Part shown: positions 32,301 through 44,201 of the stretch, piece after piece
Position numbering within the stretch: position 1 is the first letter of the stretch
Layout: each line of letters opens with the position of its first letter
NCBI GenBank assembly: GCA_965153285.1
Contig: OZ229113.1
Length of the DNA stretch: 64,000 nucleotides
Direction: 5' to 3' (one strand)
Source of the DNA: Podarcis tiliguerta
Lineage: Eukaryota
Notes under the pieces: model-generated
Told to the model about the DNA's origin: nothing
The model's database searches: none
The model's input: only the letters and a program-made list of their open reading frames with translations
Program-made: the position numbers and the translations under genes

Positions 32301-35300
32301 TTACAAAAACAATAATGGATGACTATAGGAAAGGTCGTTCTTGCTTGGTGGAAAATGTGCCAGCAATCCCAACTGGCCATCTGTGGGGCAGTCCTTTGAT
32401 ACATGCTCTCATCAGCCTAGAGGGAAGAGGTCTCCTTCCCATAATCTCTAGTGGCTATGAAGAAAAGTCTCATTATAGTAACGGGGCATTCTAGGATAGT
32501 GTTTACCTCAGGCATAGAAACAAGATGCAGTTTCAGTACAGAATTAAAAGGAGAGTGGAACATAAACGATAATGACATGGTGTGCACACAGTAAGCCAAA
32601 CCTTTGCTACTGATTATGGCTAAGGAGGAAAAACCTAAACCATGATCCTAGGTCTGGACAACACTCAGAATGCACTAAAAATACCAGGAAGAGCAAAGCA
32701 GGTGCAAGTTCCTCTCCAGGAGCCAGGATGGTCATGTGACTCCAATAAGCCATAGTTTGGCTCACTGTGATGTGTGAACCAAGTCATGATCTAACTGTTC
32801 TGTAACAGATCAAAACCCCTGCCTTCTTGGAATGAGAGAATTCGCACGACGTCTTCTGTCATTTCCCCCAACTTCAGGTCCACATTCTTCCTGTTATAAA
32901 TCCCCATTGATTCCTTACATAACTGCCAATTCACCAGTGCATGTTTTGGCAAGTACTTACTGGCGAATGGACAATAAATTCACAAGTCTTAGTCAAATCC
33001 TTAGCCAGGAGAGAGCGCCGCATGTCACATCGAAGGGTGTACTATGCAAAGGAAAAACAGTCATTTATTCCATCTGGGAAGAGGAAAAAGAATGCAACCT
33101 ACTAACAAGTTATTTTGTTGATTAGTAATTTGAGAGGCACGTCTTTCTGATGATTAATCTAGGTTTATATAACCCCCCCCCCCATATCTGAAAAATGGAC
33201 TTCACATTTGTTCCAACTCACCATTAGACTTTTATGCACAACCTGTGTTGAAAACAGTTTATATCTTCTGCAAAATTATCTTGTCACAGGAAGTGCTGCA
33301 ATACCCACTTATAGTGGTACCTTGGTTCTCGAACATAATCCGTTCCGGAAGACAGTTTAACTTCCGAAACACTGGAAAACCGTGGCTGCAAGTTCAATTG
33401 GAAAAATGGAAAAACACGCAGCAGAAGCTGTTTGACTTCCGAGGCACGTTCGGAAATGGAAGCAATTATGTACTTCCAGGTTTTTGGTGTTCGAAAACCG
33501 AAACATTTGGCTTCTGAGACGCTCGAAAACCGAGGTACCACTGTACTACAATGCAGCTCTAGTTGTGGTCCCTACCAGCTCTACAGTTCTGTGATTCTAT
33601 GGTTCATCTCAAAAAGAATTCCATGGTGAGCAAGTTCATTTACGTCATCAAAACCCTACAGTAAAGGAATAAGGCAAGTTCTAAGAATAAATATCTGAAC
33701 TGCTTGTAGTTTGAGGGAAAGCATTTCTGCAGAGAGCACTCTTAATTACCAATGGTAATTTTTTTAATCACAGGGCCCTTGCTGTTTATTTTGCTTCATT
33801 TTTAACAACTATAACAGGGGAAGTGTTCCAAATTTAAACACCTATATATATCATTAATTTTAATGGGAGAGTTAAATTCATAAAGTACGACTTATTAAGT
33901 GCTTAACTTTATACTTTTTAAGCATTTAATGTATTTGTGCGGGGGGGGGGGAGTGTTTCAATTAAAGATCAACTGGAAACACATCTAAATGTTGTTTTTG
34001 TTTTTTACAAGTGACAGACTAAATTTTAAAAAAATAATAACTATCTTAACAACTGTTAAACTATATTTTCTTATATCTTTGGACCAAGCTACATGAACTC
34101 TCATGCCTGTGCAGTAATGATAAAGCCAGTTTATTCAAAATAACAAATAAAATGTTCTGCAAGCGCGAGGAACAAAAAACTCTTCACAAGCTAGATATCT
34201 TATTGGCCCCCCTACACAAGGAAAAAGAGTGAGTAGCCCTACAGAGGCCTCCATTGAAGCTCCTGCTGACCTCAGTGAAATTGCTCCCTTTGCTCCAGTT
34301 TAATAAAAATGGCTTAAGCATCAGTGACTGTATCAGTTCTCAGTTAAAACTTTGTATGAAGTAACTCAGCATATGCATTGGCACAGCTTCTGTCATGTTG
34401 TTGCTGCTCACAGCAGATGTTCTATCTGGAAGAAGCCTGAGCCAAAACTAGGTAAGAGGAAATTCATTAAATAAGAAAGACAGCTGGCACAAAGAGAGAA
34501 GTTTGGAAACATCGTGCAGATGTATAGAAGCATCACCCATGTGATGTAAGTGGAAATGAAAAGGTGAATCTACAGAAGAGCACTCTAGCAATCTTGTACT
34601 AGGTACTCTCCTTTAATGTGTTCTCTCTATTACAGACATTTTTTTATCTGAAAAGAAGCAGATTAAACTATCAGGAAAACAAATTAGATTTATGGAGTCT
34701 GCTTTGCAATATGTAGCAGAGGAGAAACTTTGGCCAAGGAGCTCATGCCATCTGTTCCTGAGGAGCCAAAATTAAGACAACTCTTCTTTTTAACATATGT
34801 ATCATAATTCTTGTGTGTTTCAGTATTTTAAACTGGCTTAGCATAAAAATACAATTGCAAATAAGAAATATTAATAGCTATGGTTGCACATTCCCACAAG
34901 TAACTTATGCCTGCCAAACTGAAAGCCTCTCTTACCTGGATGTTGACAAAAACTCCATGGTAGGTTTCATAGAGAACTTTGTTCCCCTTCACTTGCAGTG
35001 GAAACTCAAAAGGAATTTCTGTTTTACCACTGGGCAGTTTTCCAGGTTTTACCATTTCTACAGTACTGTTAATAAGCTGAATAGGCTGCAAAAGGGGAGG
35101 AAAGAAAGAAAATGAAACATGGAAAGTGTGGTTAAGAATTTAAGTGGCCCATCATCAGTTTTATTATTTAACTGTTGATTTTCGAAATGTATAAAAAAAA
35201 TCTTATTTACAGAAAAAGGAAAGCTAAAAAGCCATATATCGCTGTGTAGTTTAACCCTTCACCAGTTCCAATGCAGGTATCAGCCCCTCAGGATACCTCA

Positions 35301-37834
35301 AAATGCATGACTACTGCAGGCATATAGACAGAACAATGATATGGCTTATTGAATGTAAGCTTTTCAGAGAGCTCCAAGCTCAAAATTCACTATTAGAAAC
35401 TGAAGAAGTTGCTTATCTCTCTGCACAGACGGTGACTATGAAAGCCAAGCTAAGTTTTGGGGTATTTTAACACTCCATATTTTGGTGATGATCCAACCAT
35501 GACCTTTGATACTCCAGCTTCACAAAAATAAAGAAGAGTTTTAGGAAAACTTTTCATATTTGTACCTTAACGGAATTGCAGAAGGCTTCAAACACACCAA
35601 CACTTTTGGCACTCAGCTGCAGGTTGACAGATCCTTCCATTGTTAAGGAGATGCCCTGGTGCTGGACTGCATCCTTACTTGTTATGACCACCACTCCAGT
35701 GAGAACTTCCTAAGTGGGTGGAAATGGGGAGGAGAGAGAAAAATCAAGAACCACCCACCCACTGCTCGTTATCTTTTTTATGTTTCAATGGCAATGTGCT
35801 GTCATTATCAAAAAGCATGATGAACGGAAGGGGGTGACATGGGGGAAGAGTACATAATTTGTCTGGAACTCTTCTGTCCTAGCTCCAACTATTATGTGAC
35901 ACCGCTAAATAGCAGTGATTTGGATTTTCAAGAAGAAGAAAAATTTAACTGGAAGATTTTCTAGAAATTTTTCTTCTGCAACTTGGAGCAATTTGCACTG
36001 GTAAGTTTTCTGATGCTCTAGAGCAGGGGTAGTCAACCTTTTTATACCTACCGCCCACTAATGCATCTTTCTTGATGGTAAAATTTCCTTACCGCCTACC
36101 AGTGCTCGATGGAAGGAGGATTCAGCTTGTGCTGCAGAATCAGGTTGACAAGCCCTGCTCTAGAGTGATCTAACTTAGCCTATTTAATTTACTTGTATTT
36201 AGTAAACAGAACCAAAAACTTTGAAACTGTCGAGTTTGCCTAATGCAGTGTTTGCAGTTGATACCCATTCGTTGTTACTGAGCATATGAAATGGAAAACT
36301 CACATCACTGCTATACCATTAACAGAGTCATTGACAAATGCAGCTCCACTCCATTCAGGAGCTTTTTCCTGTGTGCCACTTTGCTGCAACACACTTTGGA
36401 ATTCTCCAAAATGAAAGAGGTTATAAATGAAACATGACTAGCTCTGGTTTGTGTCACAGTAGTGGCAGATGACTTCCTAAGGAAAGCAAGCCCATGTATT
36501 AGTGAGATTACGATTCATAATTAAAGAGATGAGTTTGTAACATCTTTAGCTGAGCTTAGGGATTCCCAGTAAAAAAATTTATAAAGCATTTTGACAATGG
36601 CACCGAGTAAACAAAACAGTTATTTTTGACATTCTGTTCCCAGATCGCTCATCTAAAAGGAGCTCTAAAACATAACTTCTCTAGGAAGTGTGTTGCATCT
36701 CATCCTCTCCTCAGGATCACTTGCTGACTGTGTGTGCAGTGTGAGAAACAGATATGAAAGCTAGGATCTAAAAGGCACGTTAAACCTAGATTATGGGCGC
36801 AACAACGGAATGTCCAGGTGTGCTTCTTTATAACAAGAATTCAAAGCTGAAAATGAATGAACTGTAGCTAAAATATTATGTTCATTTTTCACATGGTCTA
36901 GTCCTTCCCCTGCCCACACCCCTGATATTCTTAAGAGGGTCACTTCTCCAGTCTTCAGAGAGTAGCTGAAAGTGGGGAGGCAGAAAAAGGTCCTCCTTTC
37001 CTTCCACTCTGCAGTTTTAATCTGAAATCTTAAGCACAGTGTTTGAGACTCCCTGTGTTCTAGGGAATTTCATTCCTGTGAGCAGTTTCTGAGCTCTGGT
37101 CACAGAAACTTCACAGGGCTTGAGGAAGTGCAAGTTGCAACAGCTAAATGGGGACTTTCTGAGCACAGGCACTAAACTTCTGAACATCAGAAACCAAAGA
37201 AGAAGAGAAGGCCCTTTATGGACCGAATACATTTCCAGAGGCCTCTGTCAGAAACAAAATCATGGAGGAGATAAACCATGCTCTGAAGCAAAATCTTTGG
37301 ACTCTATTAATTTAATTATAATAATAATTGGATCCCATGTACTTAAGTCTCTCCAATTCCACTTTTGAACCAAACAAGTCTCAACCTCTAGAATTTCCGC
37401 ACATACCCTGCCACTCTAAGCACATTGCTATCACTCCATTATGATGATTAATGGTTTGTTTCCCTTACAGATAGGGATAGAGAAAATGTAAAAATATTGA
37501 AAAAGCCTGCTCTTTCACTTGTTTTCACCAACTGCACCACCAGTTAAAATGCTCTTATAATACACAATTGTCTCTGTTCAGCCATGCAGACTTGTCCTCT
37601 GTTTTGTTACATGTACAGTACAGCAACCCATTTCTTAGAATCAATTCAATTTTTTATTTGGGCCACTCTAGGTTGAATAGGCCCTATCCAATGACTACAA
37701 CCATAGCAAAGGAAAACTTTTTATCTATTGCAGTTTATCAGCGGATGAACCAGTAAAACCATGCCCAGACGGTTATATTCAAAATGTAGGTTTGAGTCAC
37801 ATGAAAAGATAAACACCCCTACCAACACTATAGC

Positions 37835-37875
<41 letters not shown>

Positions 37876-39861
37876 ACAGGAGTCGGAGGTTGGAGACAGG
37901 ACAACAGACATGCTATCTTCTCATCAGGTTAGTATTCTATACAGTGCTTTTTTCTAGAAAAATATGTGTCAGTACTGTGTACCCTTGAGTACCCCTGATT
38001 AAAAAGCACTTATTTTATAGCAGATTTCCCTTCCTCCAGACATGCTAGCATTCTAACTATAGATCAGGGATGCATAATCTGTGACCCTCTCTAAGGGTCA
38101 TGCCAGTTGGAGTTGATAGTCCAACAACATCTCCATCCCTGATCTCTGGCCTTAAATTTTGCAATAGTCTCCATTTCTTTGAGAATGGGAAATTGCTTTA
38201 TTTTGATCTTCATGCCACCACATCTCAACACAGGCTAGGTTAAGGACAAAGCACATACAGAGATACTGTCTTATGCCCAGTGAGTACTGCCTACAGTACA
38301 CTAAGCAGCGGCCACAGGATTTTTATTCCTTGTAGATAATTCCTGGGCCCTGGTCTGCCATCTGGGGCTGTTGGGAGTTCAGCGGCGCAGCTGCAGGGCT
38401 CTATGTTCTCTCCTCTGCTTGTACGGAGAGGACCCTCCTCTCCTCTCCATCACTTGTGTGAACCAGGCAGAGGGCCTTCTTGGTAGTAGCGTCTGCCCTG
38501 TGGAAAGCTCTCCCATCATATGTCAAAGAGATAAACAACTATCTGACGTTTAGAAGACATCTGAAGGCAGTCCTGTTTAGGGAAGTTTTTAATGACTGAG
38601 GTTTTAATGTATTTTTAATATTTGTTGGAAGCCGCCCAGGGTGGCTGGGGAAACCCAGCCAGATGGGCGGGGTATAAATTATTATTATTATTGTCAGGGG
38701 TTCAGGAGCAGAGGCACAGGATAAGGAGGAAATGGAGAGTGAAGGGGAGGAGTCCGAAGGAAATGTCAGCGATGACAGCGATCCGAGGTCTCTGAGTCTT
38801 TCCAGTGAATCGGACGATTCACAGAAAGGAGCTCCCATGGTCAGGGCAAGGGGAGTGCCCAGGGGAACACTTCGGGAAGAAGGGGGCAGAGGGGACTCAG
38901 AGAGTAGCAGTTGGAAATCCGGGCCCACGTCCCCCCCAGAGTGCAGTAGGGGGGAGGAGTCCCAGGGATCGGGATCAGGTGGTGCGCTGCCAGCGGGAGA
39001 ACATGAGGCAGGATTGACCACACCTCCGTCGGGGAGTGAGGAAACGGTCATCAGGAAAGTTAAACGCACGCGCGCGCCAAGTTCAAATGTACAGGAGGGA
39101 GGCACAGTTGGCAGCCCGGGAAGAGAGCCAGGTCCTAAAGCCCGCCGAAGGGAGCGGGAGGAGTCAGGGGGGTCATCGTCAGCCTCAGAAGAATCCAGGG
39201 AGACAGGGGCCCCGGAGGGCAGCAGGACCCAGAGGAGAAAGAAGAGGTGGAGTAAAGCTAGAGTCTTAAACTGGTGTACAGGGGGCGGAGACTCAGATGG
39301 AGCTTCGCCGGTCTAAAGCCTAGACGTAGAGCTGGAGCGCTGCGGACTGGAAATGGATACTGTACTTCAATAAAGACTTTTGTACATAAATACCAGCCAG
39401 CGTTGGTCCTTTGTGAGCTGGGACCAGGAGCCAGCCCTGACAATTATTATTATTATTATTATTATGCCCTCAATTGGAGCGAGGGCGAGAATGGCTGGCC
39501 CCCTTCTTCTGCTGCCTGGGGAACGAAGCCAGGCTCGCCGAATACTCATCCCAGCTGGCCCCCTTGCAATCCTACGAAGGCTAAGGGCGGAAACAAGCCC
39601 GGCTGAGGGAAGCCCGGCGTGCAGCGGGATCCCTAAGAGGAATCCAATTCAAGTCCAATGGGAGTTACCGGCAAGGAAGGGGGCACAGAATTGCAGCCTT
39701 CCTCTCCCCCAGGGGAAAAAAAACATATTAATGGGGGCGGAGGACGAGCAACGTAGACCCTGCCGTCTCCTTCCGCTCCAACGCCGCTGCCAAAGGCTAC
39801 TCACCCCACAATGGTACAGCTTGTTCGCCCGCTTGATCTTGATATCCAGCGCGGTGCCCAT
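29289..39861 (-). CDS. VPS26C: VPS26C (DSCR3), retriever complex subunit, complete 8-exon CDS, 297 aa
   Basis: Exon lengths 57+144+150+81+75+151+153+83 = 894 nt, all GT-AG. Runs from MGTALDIKIKRANK to HLITENFPLKLCRL-stop. Confidence 0.97.
29980..30132 (-). CDS. VPS26C: VPS26C exon 7 (GCAEGYARDATEIQNIQ...TNFKV)
   Basis: AG/GT boundaries, 153 nt. Confidence 0.95.
30501..30651 (-). CDS. VPS26C: VPS26C exon 6 (RALLPKFLIRG...LVRVETC)
   Basis: AG/GT boundaries, 151 nt. Confidence 0.95.
31900..31974 (-). CDS. VPS26C: VPS26C exon 5 (PQKGK...PETLQNVKE)
   Basis: AG/GT boundaries, 75 nt. Confidence 0.93.
32053..32285. mobile_element. Tc1/mariner-type MITE, right TIR eroded
   Basis: TA|CAGTGGTACCTCAGTTCTC...GAGAACCAAGGTA; same family as 62137. 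Confidence 0.8.
32961..33041 (-). CDS. VPS26C: VPS26C exon 4 (YTLRCDMRRSLLAKDL...HSP)
   Basis: AG/GT boundaries, 81 nt. Confidence 0.94.
33312..33543. mobile_element. Tc1/mariner-type MITE
   Basis: TA|TAGTGGTACCTTGG...CCGAGGTACCACTG|TA. Confidence 0.85.
34936..35085 (-). CDS. VPS26C: VPS26C exon 3 (PIQLINS...YHGVFVNIQ)
   Basis: AG/GT boundaries, 150 nt. Confidence 0.95.
35566..35709 (-). CDS. VPS26C: VPS26C exon 2 (EVLTGVVVI...FCNSVK)
   Basis: AG/GT boundaries, 144 nt. Confidence 0.94.
36024..36157. mobile_element. hAT MITE
   Basis: CAGGGGTAGTCAACC...GGTTGACAAGCCCTG; perfect 8-bp TSD CTCTAGAG. Confidence 0.9.
37836..37873. repeat. (TAA)n microsatellite
   Basis: Directly visible. Confidence 0.9.
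38420..38691 (+). mobile_element. L2-clade LINE 3' fragment whose tail hosts the LTR
   Basis: Same family as 9571-9928; the (TTA)n tail resumes at 39443. Confidence 0.8.
38692..39442 (+). mobile_element. Solo LTR-like element (751 bp)
   Basis: TG...CA termini with 8-bp inverted repeat TGTCAGGG/CCCTGACA; ATTAT on both sides; AATAAA at 39369-39374. Confidence 0.8.
38732..39316 (+). CDS. Putative 194-aa acidic/Ser/Gly-rich protein with basic clusters, encoded inside the LTR
   Basis: ATG in GAAATGG context, uninterrupted ORF, AATAAA ~50 nt after the stop; expression unproven. Confidence 0.4.
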   Translation: MESEGEESEGNVSDDSDPRSLSLSSESDDSQKGAPMVRARGVPRGTLREEGGRGDSESSSWKSGPTSPPECSRGEESQGSGSGGALPAGEHEAGLTTPPSGSEETVIRKVKRTRAPSSNVQEGGTVGSPGREPGPKARRREREESGGSSSASEESRETGAPEGSRTQRRKKRWSKARVLNWCTGGGDSDGASPV

Positions 39862-40420
39862 GGCGACCCCTCCCCGGTCCCCGGATCACGTGACTCCGCC
39901 TCCCTGAGCTGCGACTTTGACCACGTGACTCCGCCCCCGTTCTTTTTCTGGGCGGGAGGAGGGAAGAGTTGAGTCCTCATTTCCGCTTTTCGATTCGCTC
40001 CCACTTCCGCCCCTCCCTCTTTCGCTCGGGGGGGCTGTAACGGTCATATCCGGCCCAGTAACGTTACACCTTAAGGCGCCGTTTATTTTTAAAACTGGAC
40101 GCGCCGCTTACGTCATTGCAATGGCCGCTCCTCCGAGTCCCCGCCCTTTCTTTCCTCGTCTGCTGCCTAGCAACAGTGCAAGGCGGGAGGGGGGGGGCGC
40201 TGCGCGTCTCCGTTCCTATTTCTATTTCAGCGTAACTAAAAACCGGGGAATTGCGGGCAAAAGATCAGGCAGGGTGAAAACGGGAAAGAAATTGGGCACC
40301 GAAAGCCAGCTTTGGAAACGAACTACATTTCCCAGGCTGCAGTTCCAGAGAGAGAGAGATTAAATATCGTTATATCACGCAAGACGCCTAAATGACGTCC
40401 ATGCCTCACTGTATGCCGGG
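39470..40420 (-). promoter_or_regulatory. VPS26C CpG-island promoter
   Basis: CpG-rich. Two CACGTGAC E-boxes with adjacent GC boxes, ETS-like CACTTCCG (~40002), CRE-like TTACGTCA (40108), ZNF143-type ACTACATTTCCCAGGCTGCA (40322-40341). Confidence 0.85.
39805..39861 (-). CDS. VPS26C: VPS26C exon 1 (MGTALDIKIKRANKLYHCG)
   Basis: GCCATGG Kozak context; donor gtgagt. Confidence 0.95.
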
Positions 40421-40809
40421 AGATGTTTAAAAAAGAAAAAAAGAAAAGTGGGATTGTATCAGGGCTTTTACTCCGGCCTTGCAACGCCATTAAGCCCCAG
40501 TAAGCATTATATGATAGGGGCTTCAACCATATGCACCTTGACCCGGGAAGAAGCCCCCTTTAAAAAAGAGCTATTTAGAGTGCGCTTAGGCAGAAATCGG
40601 ATGAGGAAAATCTCTTTCATTGTCGTCTATGCAAAAATATGTCGAAATGGATGACTTCATGGGGCTTGTTATTAGGGCTATGTACACATTAGCGGCTTAA
40701 AACGCAGTGATGTCTTTCTTCCCAAACTGTGTTTCAAGTCCCGTCAGCACGTTCGTGAACTAGAGATTGGGCTTCGGCGATGTAGTCACCCAATGTGCAC
40801 AATCTATGG

Positions 40810-41027
40810 CAGGCATGTCCAAAGTCCGTTTCGGGGGCCTAATTTGGCTCCCGTGGTAGTATATGTCCTGAGTTAAATCCTTTAAAAAGCTCAGCAACTG
40901 CAACTGTGGGGTAAAAAAAAGCTCGACAACTTCAATCCTAAAAAAAGCTCGACAAATTTGGTCGGTCCTCACGCATGTTCACTTCAGCAAATCTGGCCCT
41001 CTTTGAAAAAAAGTTTGGGCACCCCTG
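40810..41027. mobile_element. hAT MITE
   Basis: CAGGCATGTCCAAA...TTTGGGCACCCCTG; TSD (A/G)TCTATGG. Confidence 0.85.
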
Positions 41028-41274
41028 GTCTATGGTTTCCCTGCCCATTCAATCCCTTCCAACCTTATTTGTGAAGCTGTCATCTGCGCATGTGTTTTCA
41101 TCTGCACATGCACTATTGGTGTCTTGTGCACAACTCAACTACAACGTGAATGTTTTCCTTTCGGATTGAAGCTGGTTTCACAGCAGTATTTCTCAAGAAA
41201 CTACAGAAAAGTCTGCATTGTGGGTAATGTCATGTGTACACAGATTGAAAAGAAAGCACACTGGAGCCAGATGA

Positions 41275-41865
41275 AATAGTTACTCCCTTATAGGTCACAG
41301 CATTTGAGGCTTTTTAGTTCAGAGAAGAAGCAAAAAAAAATTAAAAAGTGACATGATGTGTATAAAAGTATGAATGTCATGGAAAAAGTGGATAGAGAAA
41401 AGTTTTTATACTCTCATAAAACTAGAACTTGGGGACATCCAATTAAGATGTTGGAGGATACAAGACAGATATAAAAAAGTACTTCTCACACAGCAAATTG
41501 TTAAACTGGAATTTGCTCAGGAGGCAGTGATATCCACCAACCTAGGTGGACTCTACACACATATAAAAAACGTTCTGAAAATGCTTTTTTAAAAAGTGTT
41601 TTTAAAAATATATTGAATTTTCCATAAGGCCCACCTAGTGTCATATTGCATATTGCACTTAAAACACACTTTAAACATTTTATTTGCAGCTGTATTGTTG
41701 TTGTTTAGTCGTTCAGTCTCTTTGTGACCCCATGGACCAGAGCACGCCAGGCACTCCTGTCTTCCACTGCCTCAGCTGTATAGTAGAGGGCTGTATAGTA
41801 GAGGATTAGACAAATTCATAGAGGAGAGGGCTATCTGTGGTTACTAGCCATAATGGCTATTCTCT
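41275..41865 (+). mobile_element. CR1 LINE 3' fragment interrupted by nested inserts
   Basis: Degenerate CR1 ORF2 end and GGATTAGACAAATTCATAGAGG...GGCTAT 3' motif. Confidence 0.65.
41696..41772 (-). mobile_element. BovB (RTE) LINE 3' stub
   Basis: (TTG)n-TTTAGTCG...GACCCCATGGACCAGAGCACGCCAGGC; 9-bp TSD CAGCTGTAT at 41687 and 41773. Confidence 0.75.
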
Positions 41866-42061
41866 GTTTGCAGACAGGAGAGAACCATCAGAGGCTCCTG
41901 CTGGAAGAAGAGCGGAGAATGATTTGCTCTCCCCTCTGAACCATCTTCCAAACTGTCCTTGCTGAAATGCCCTCTTTTACACAACTATTAAAGGTAAGAA
42001 TATAAGACCCAAAGTCCTCATTCAGTCACTGCTAGTTCAGACCCATTCGTGTTGATAAGTG

Positions 42062-42234
42062 CAGTGCTTTGTTCTGGGGGAACACAGGGGTACATATACC
42101 CCTAAACATTTTGTGAATCTTTGTACTTTTGTCCATTGACTGTATTTATTTTCCCCGATTTGAACTATAAAATGGTGATTTTCTTGAGTCAAAATGAGAT
42201 TACCCCAAACTTTTTTTTAATAGAAAAAGCACTG
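42062..42234. mobile_element. hAT (Tip100-like) MITE
   Basis: CAGTGCTTT...AAAGCACTG; TSD gaTAAGTG/tcTAAGTG. Confidence 0.78.
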
Positions 42235-43270
42235 TCTAAGTGTAGATGTCAATGTAAATGTGAATGTAGGATGCGGGCCAAATCCTCAACTCCTAAATCT
42301 ATTGTTAAAGTTTCCAATGCTGCGAACTGCCCTCTTAATGTCTATCAAGGTTGACGACCCCACAAATGCTCCTCAGTCTCTCTCCTCCTTCTCCTGTCAT
42401 GGAGTGCCTGGCTGACTTGGCAACATGCATCACTTTACAATTCTTTACATTGAAAGATAGAGCTGGCTATCAATCATCACACTTTACACCCCAAAGCTCT
42501 GGATGATTTATTGAGTGACACTTACATTCTCTCTAGTGGCATTCCACAGGAGAATTCCCATGGGGTAGAATGGGGCAATAGTCCCATGAACATCACCTTC
42601 CCAAACCTGTCAGTGAGACAGGAGAACTACTGCAAACTAGTGTTGCCAATTCTTACTGCTAATTTCCTATTGTGTCAAGTGCCATCAAATGACTAGGAAA
42701 AATTAACCAGGTATTATTCTATACAACAAAGAGTTTCATGTGAATACTATTCTAGTGCTAACTCTATTCAGTGCCAGTTATTCACTATTTAGTCCTCTTT
42801 CAATGGACAACTTTCTGCTGTTGCTGCTGCTGCTCACCTGCCCACCCCCTTCCCCATCAAGTTCTGTTACTGCTTTAGTAAAAGAGAATTTTCTGTTTCA
42901 GAAGTATACTGCATGGAATATAAAATTCAAGAATACACAGTATGTGTTTCATTAATAATAATAATAATTCCTTTCTGTTTTGGAAAAATACCACCCTCTT
43001 TCCATATAGAAAAGCTTGTATCTACATTACTGGGAGAACTCATCCCTCCATCATGTTCCACATAAAAGCTTCTGTTGCCATTGTTTCTGCTGATGTTCTG
43101 TGGCAGGAAGGAAAATTTACCTCCCCAACACTGCATGCGCAAAGCAGAGTGCATGCAACAAATGGGCAGATTTGGGGGCTTATATAATAAGTAATTGTAG
43201 AATAAATATTGGTGGAGGGGTGGGTAGGTAACACGAAGAGGTGGACTTACACACTACCAGGAAACAGATA

Positions 43271-43504
43271 CAGTGGTACCTCGCAAGACGAATGCCTCGC
43301 AAGACGAAAGAGTTTTTTGTTTTTTGAGTTGCTTCGCAAGACAAATTTCCCTATGGGCTTGCTTCGCAAGACGAAAACGTCTTGCGCCTTTTTCTTAAAA
43401 CCGTCAATGCATTTCCTATGGGAAACCATGCTTCGCAAGACGAAAAATTCACAAGACGAAGAAACTCGCAGAACGAATTAATTTCGTCTTGCGAGGCACC
43501 ACTG
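43271..43504. mobile_element. Tc1/mariner-type MITE, same family as 12504
   Basis: TA|CAGTGGTACCTCGCAAGACGAA...GGCACCACTG|TA. Confidence 0.88.
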
Positions 43505-43630
43505 TAGTGATGAAGGGAAAGATTACATATTGTTGCCAGCCACGTAAGCAATGTGAGTCCATTACAATTTATTCTACTTTTCCTCGGGTTTAAGTGGGCA
43601 AGATGAAGGCAGTTGAATTCTTGCAATATA

Positions 43631-43745
43631 AAAAAAGTAAAGGACCCCTGGACAGTTAAGTCCAGTCAAAGTCAACTATGGGTTGCAGCGCTTATCTCGG
43701 TTTTCAGACCAAGAAAGCCAGCATTTGTCCACAAACAGCTTTCTA
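43631..43745 (-). mobile_element. Sauria SINE 3' fragment, divergent subfamily
   Basis: AAAGTAAAGGACCCCTGGACAGTTAAGTCCAGTC resembles the 3' ends of the other copies. Confidence 0.65.
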
Positions 43746-44201
43746 GTACTATGTATCTGATATTTCCTCACCATCAGCACCTCATCACTGTAATAGTGTT
43801 AGAGGGATGTGATTACTCTACCAACCCTTACAATGTGGTGTAAATTATTGCGGTCAACCCCACCATTTTCTTTAACATAATGTGGCTTCTGACTCTTAGA
43901 AACCACATTAGGTTAAAGTTTAAATGGCATTTCCTTGTCTTGGAGCTGGGAGCTTAGCACCTTATCTATTTTGGGTAGCATTGCCTAGGATCTGACTGTA
44001 TGGCTTGGATCCAGAGATGCCTTCCACAAGGGGATGCACTTATGCAAGGCAGTCCCACCAAATTCTCCCAGTTTCCTGTCTCACTACAGTCCCTCATGCC
44101 GCATCCACAGTTTCAGAGGGTCCTTGACCCTGAGGAGTGGCTTTGACTGGGATGCAGGTGACTATTGTGGGAGGAGCCAGGAAAGACCAGTTGCATGAGT
44201 A

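Noticed and set aside
38539-39105. 188-aa minus-strand ORF across the LTR
   Set aside because: Antisense shadow of the purine-rich LTR; it runs out through the microsatellite and L2 without respecting element boundaries.
39380-39907. 175-aa + strand ORF with a poly-Ile run
   Set aside because: Made of LTR end, (ATT)n microsatellite and CpG island, antisense to VPS26C exon 1.
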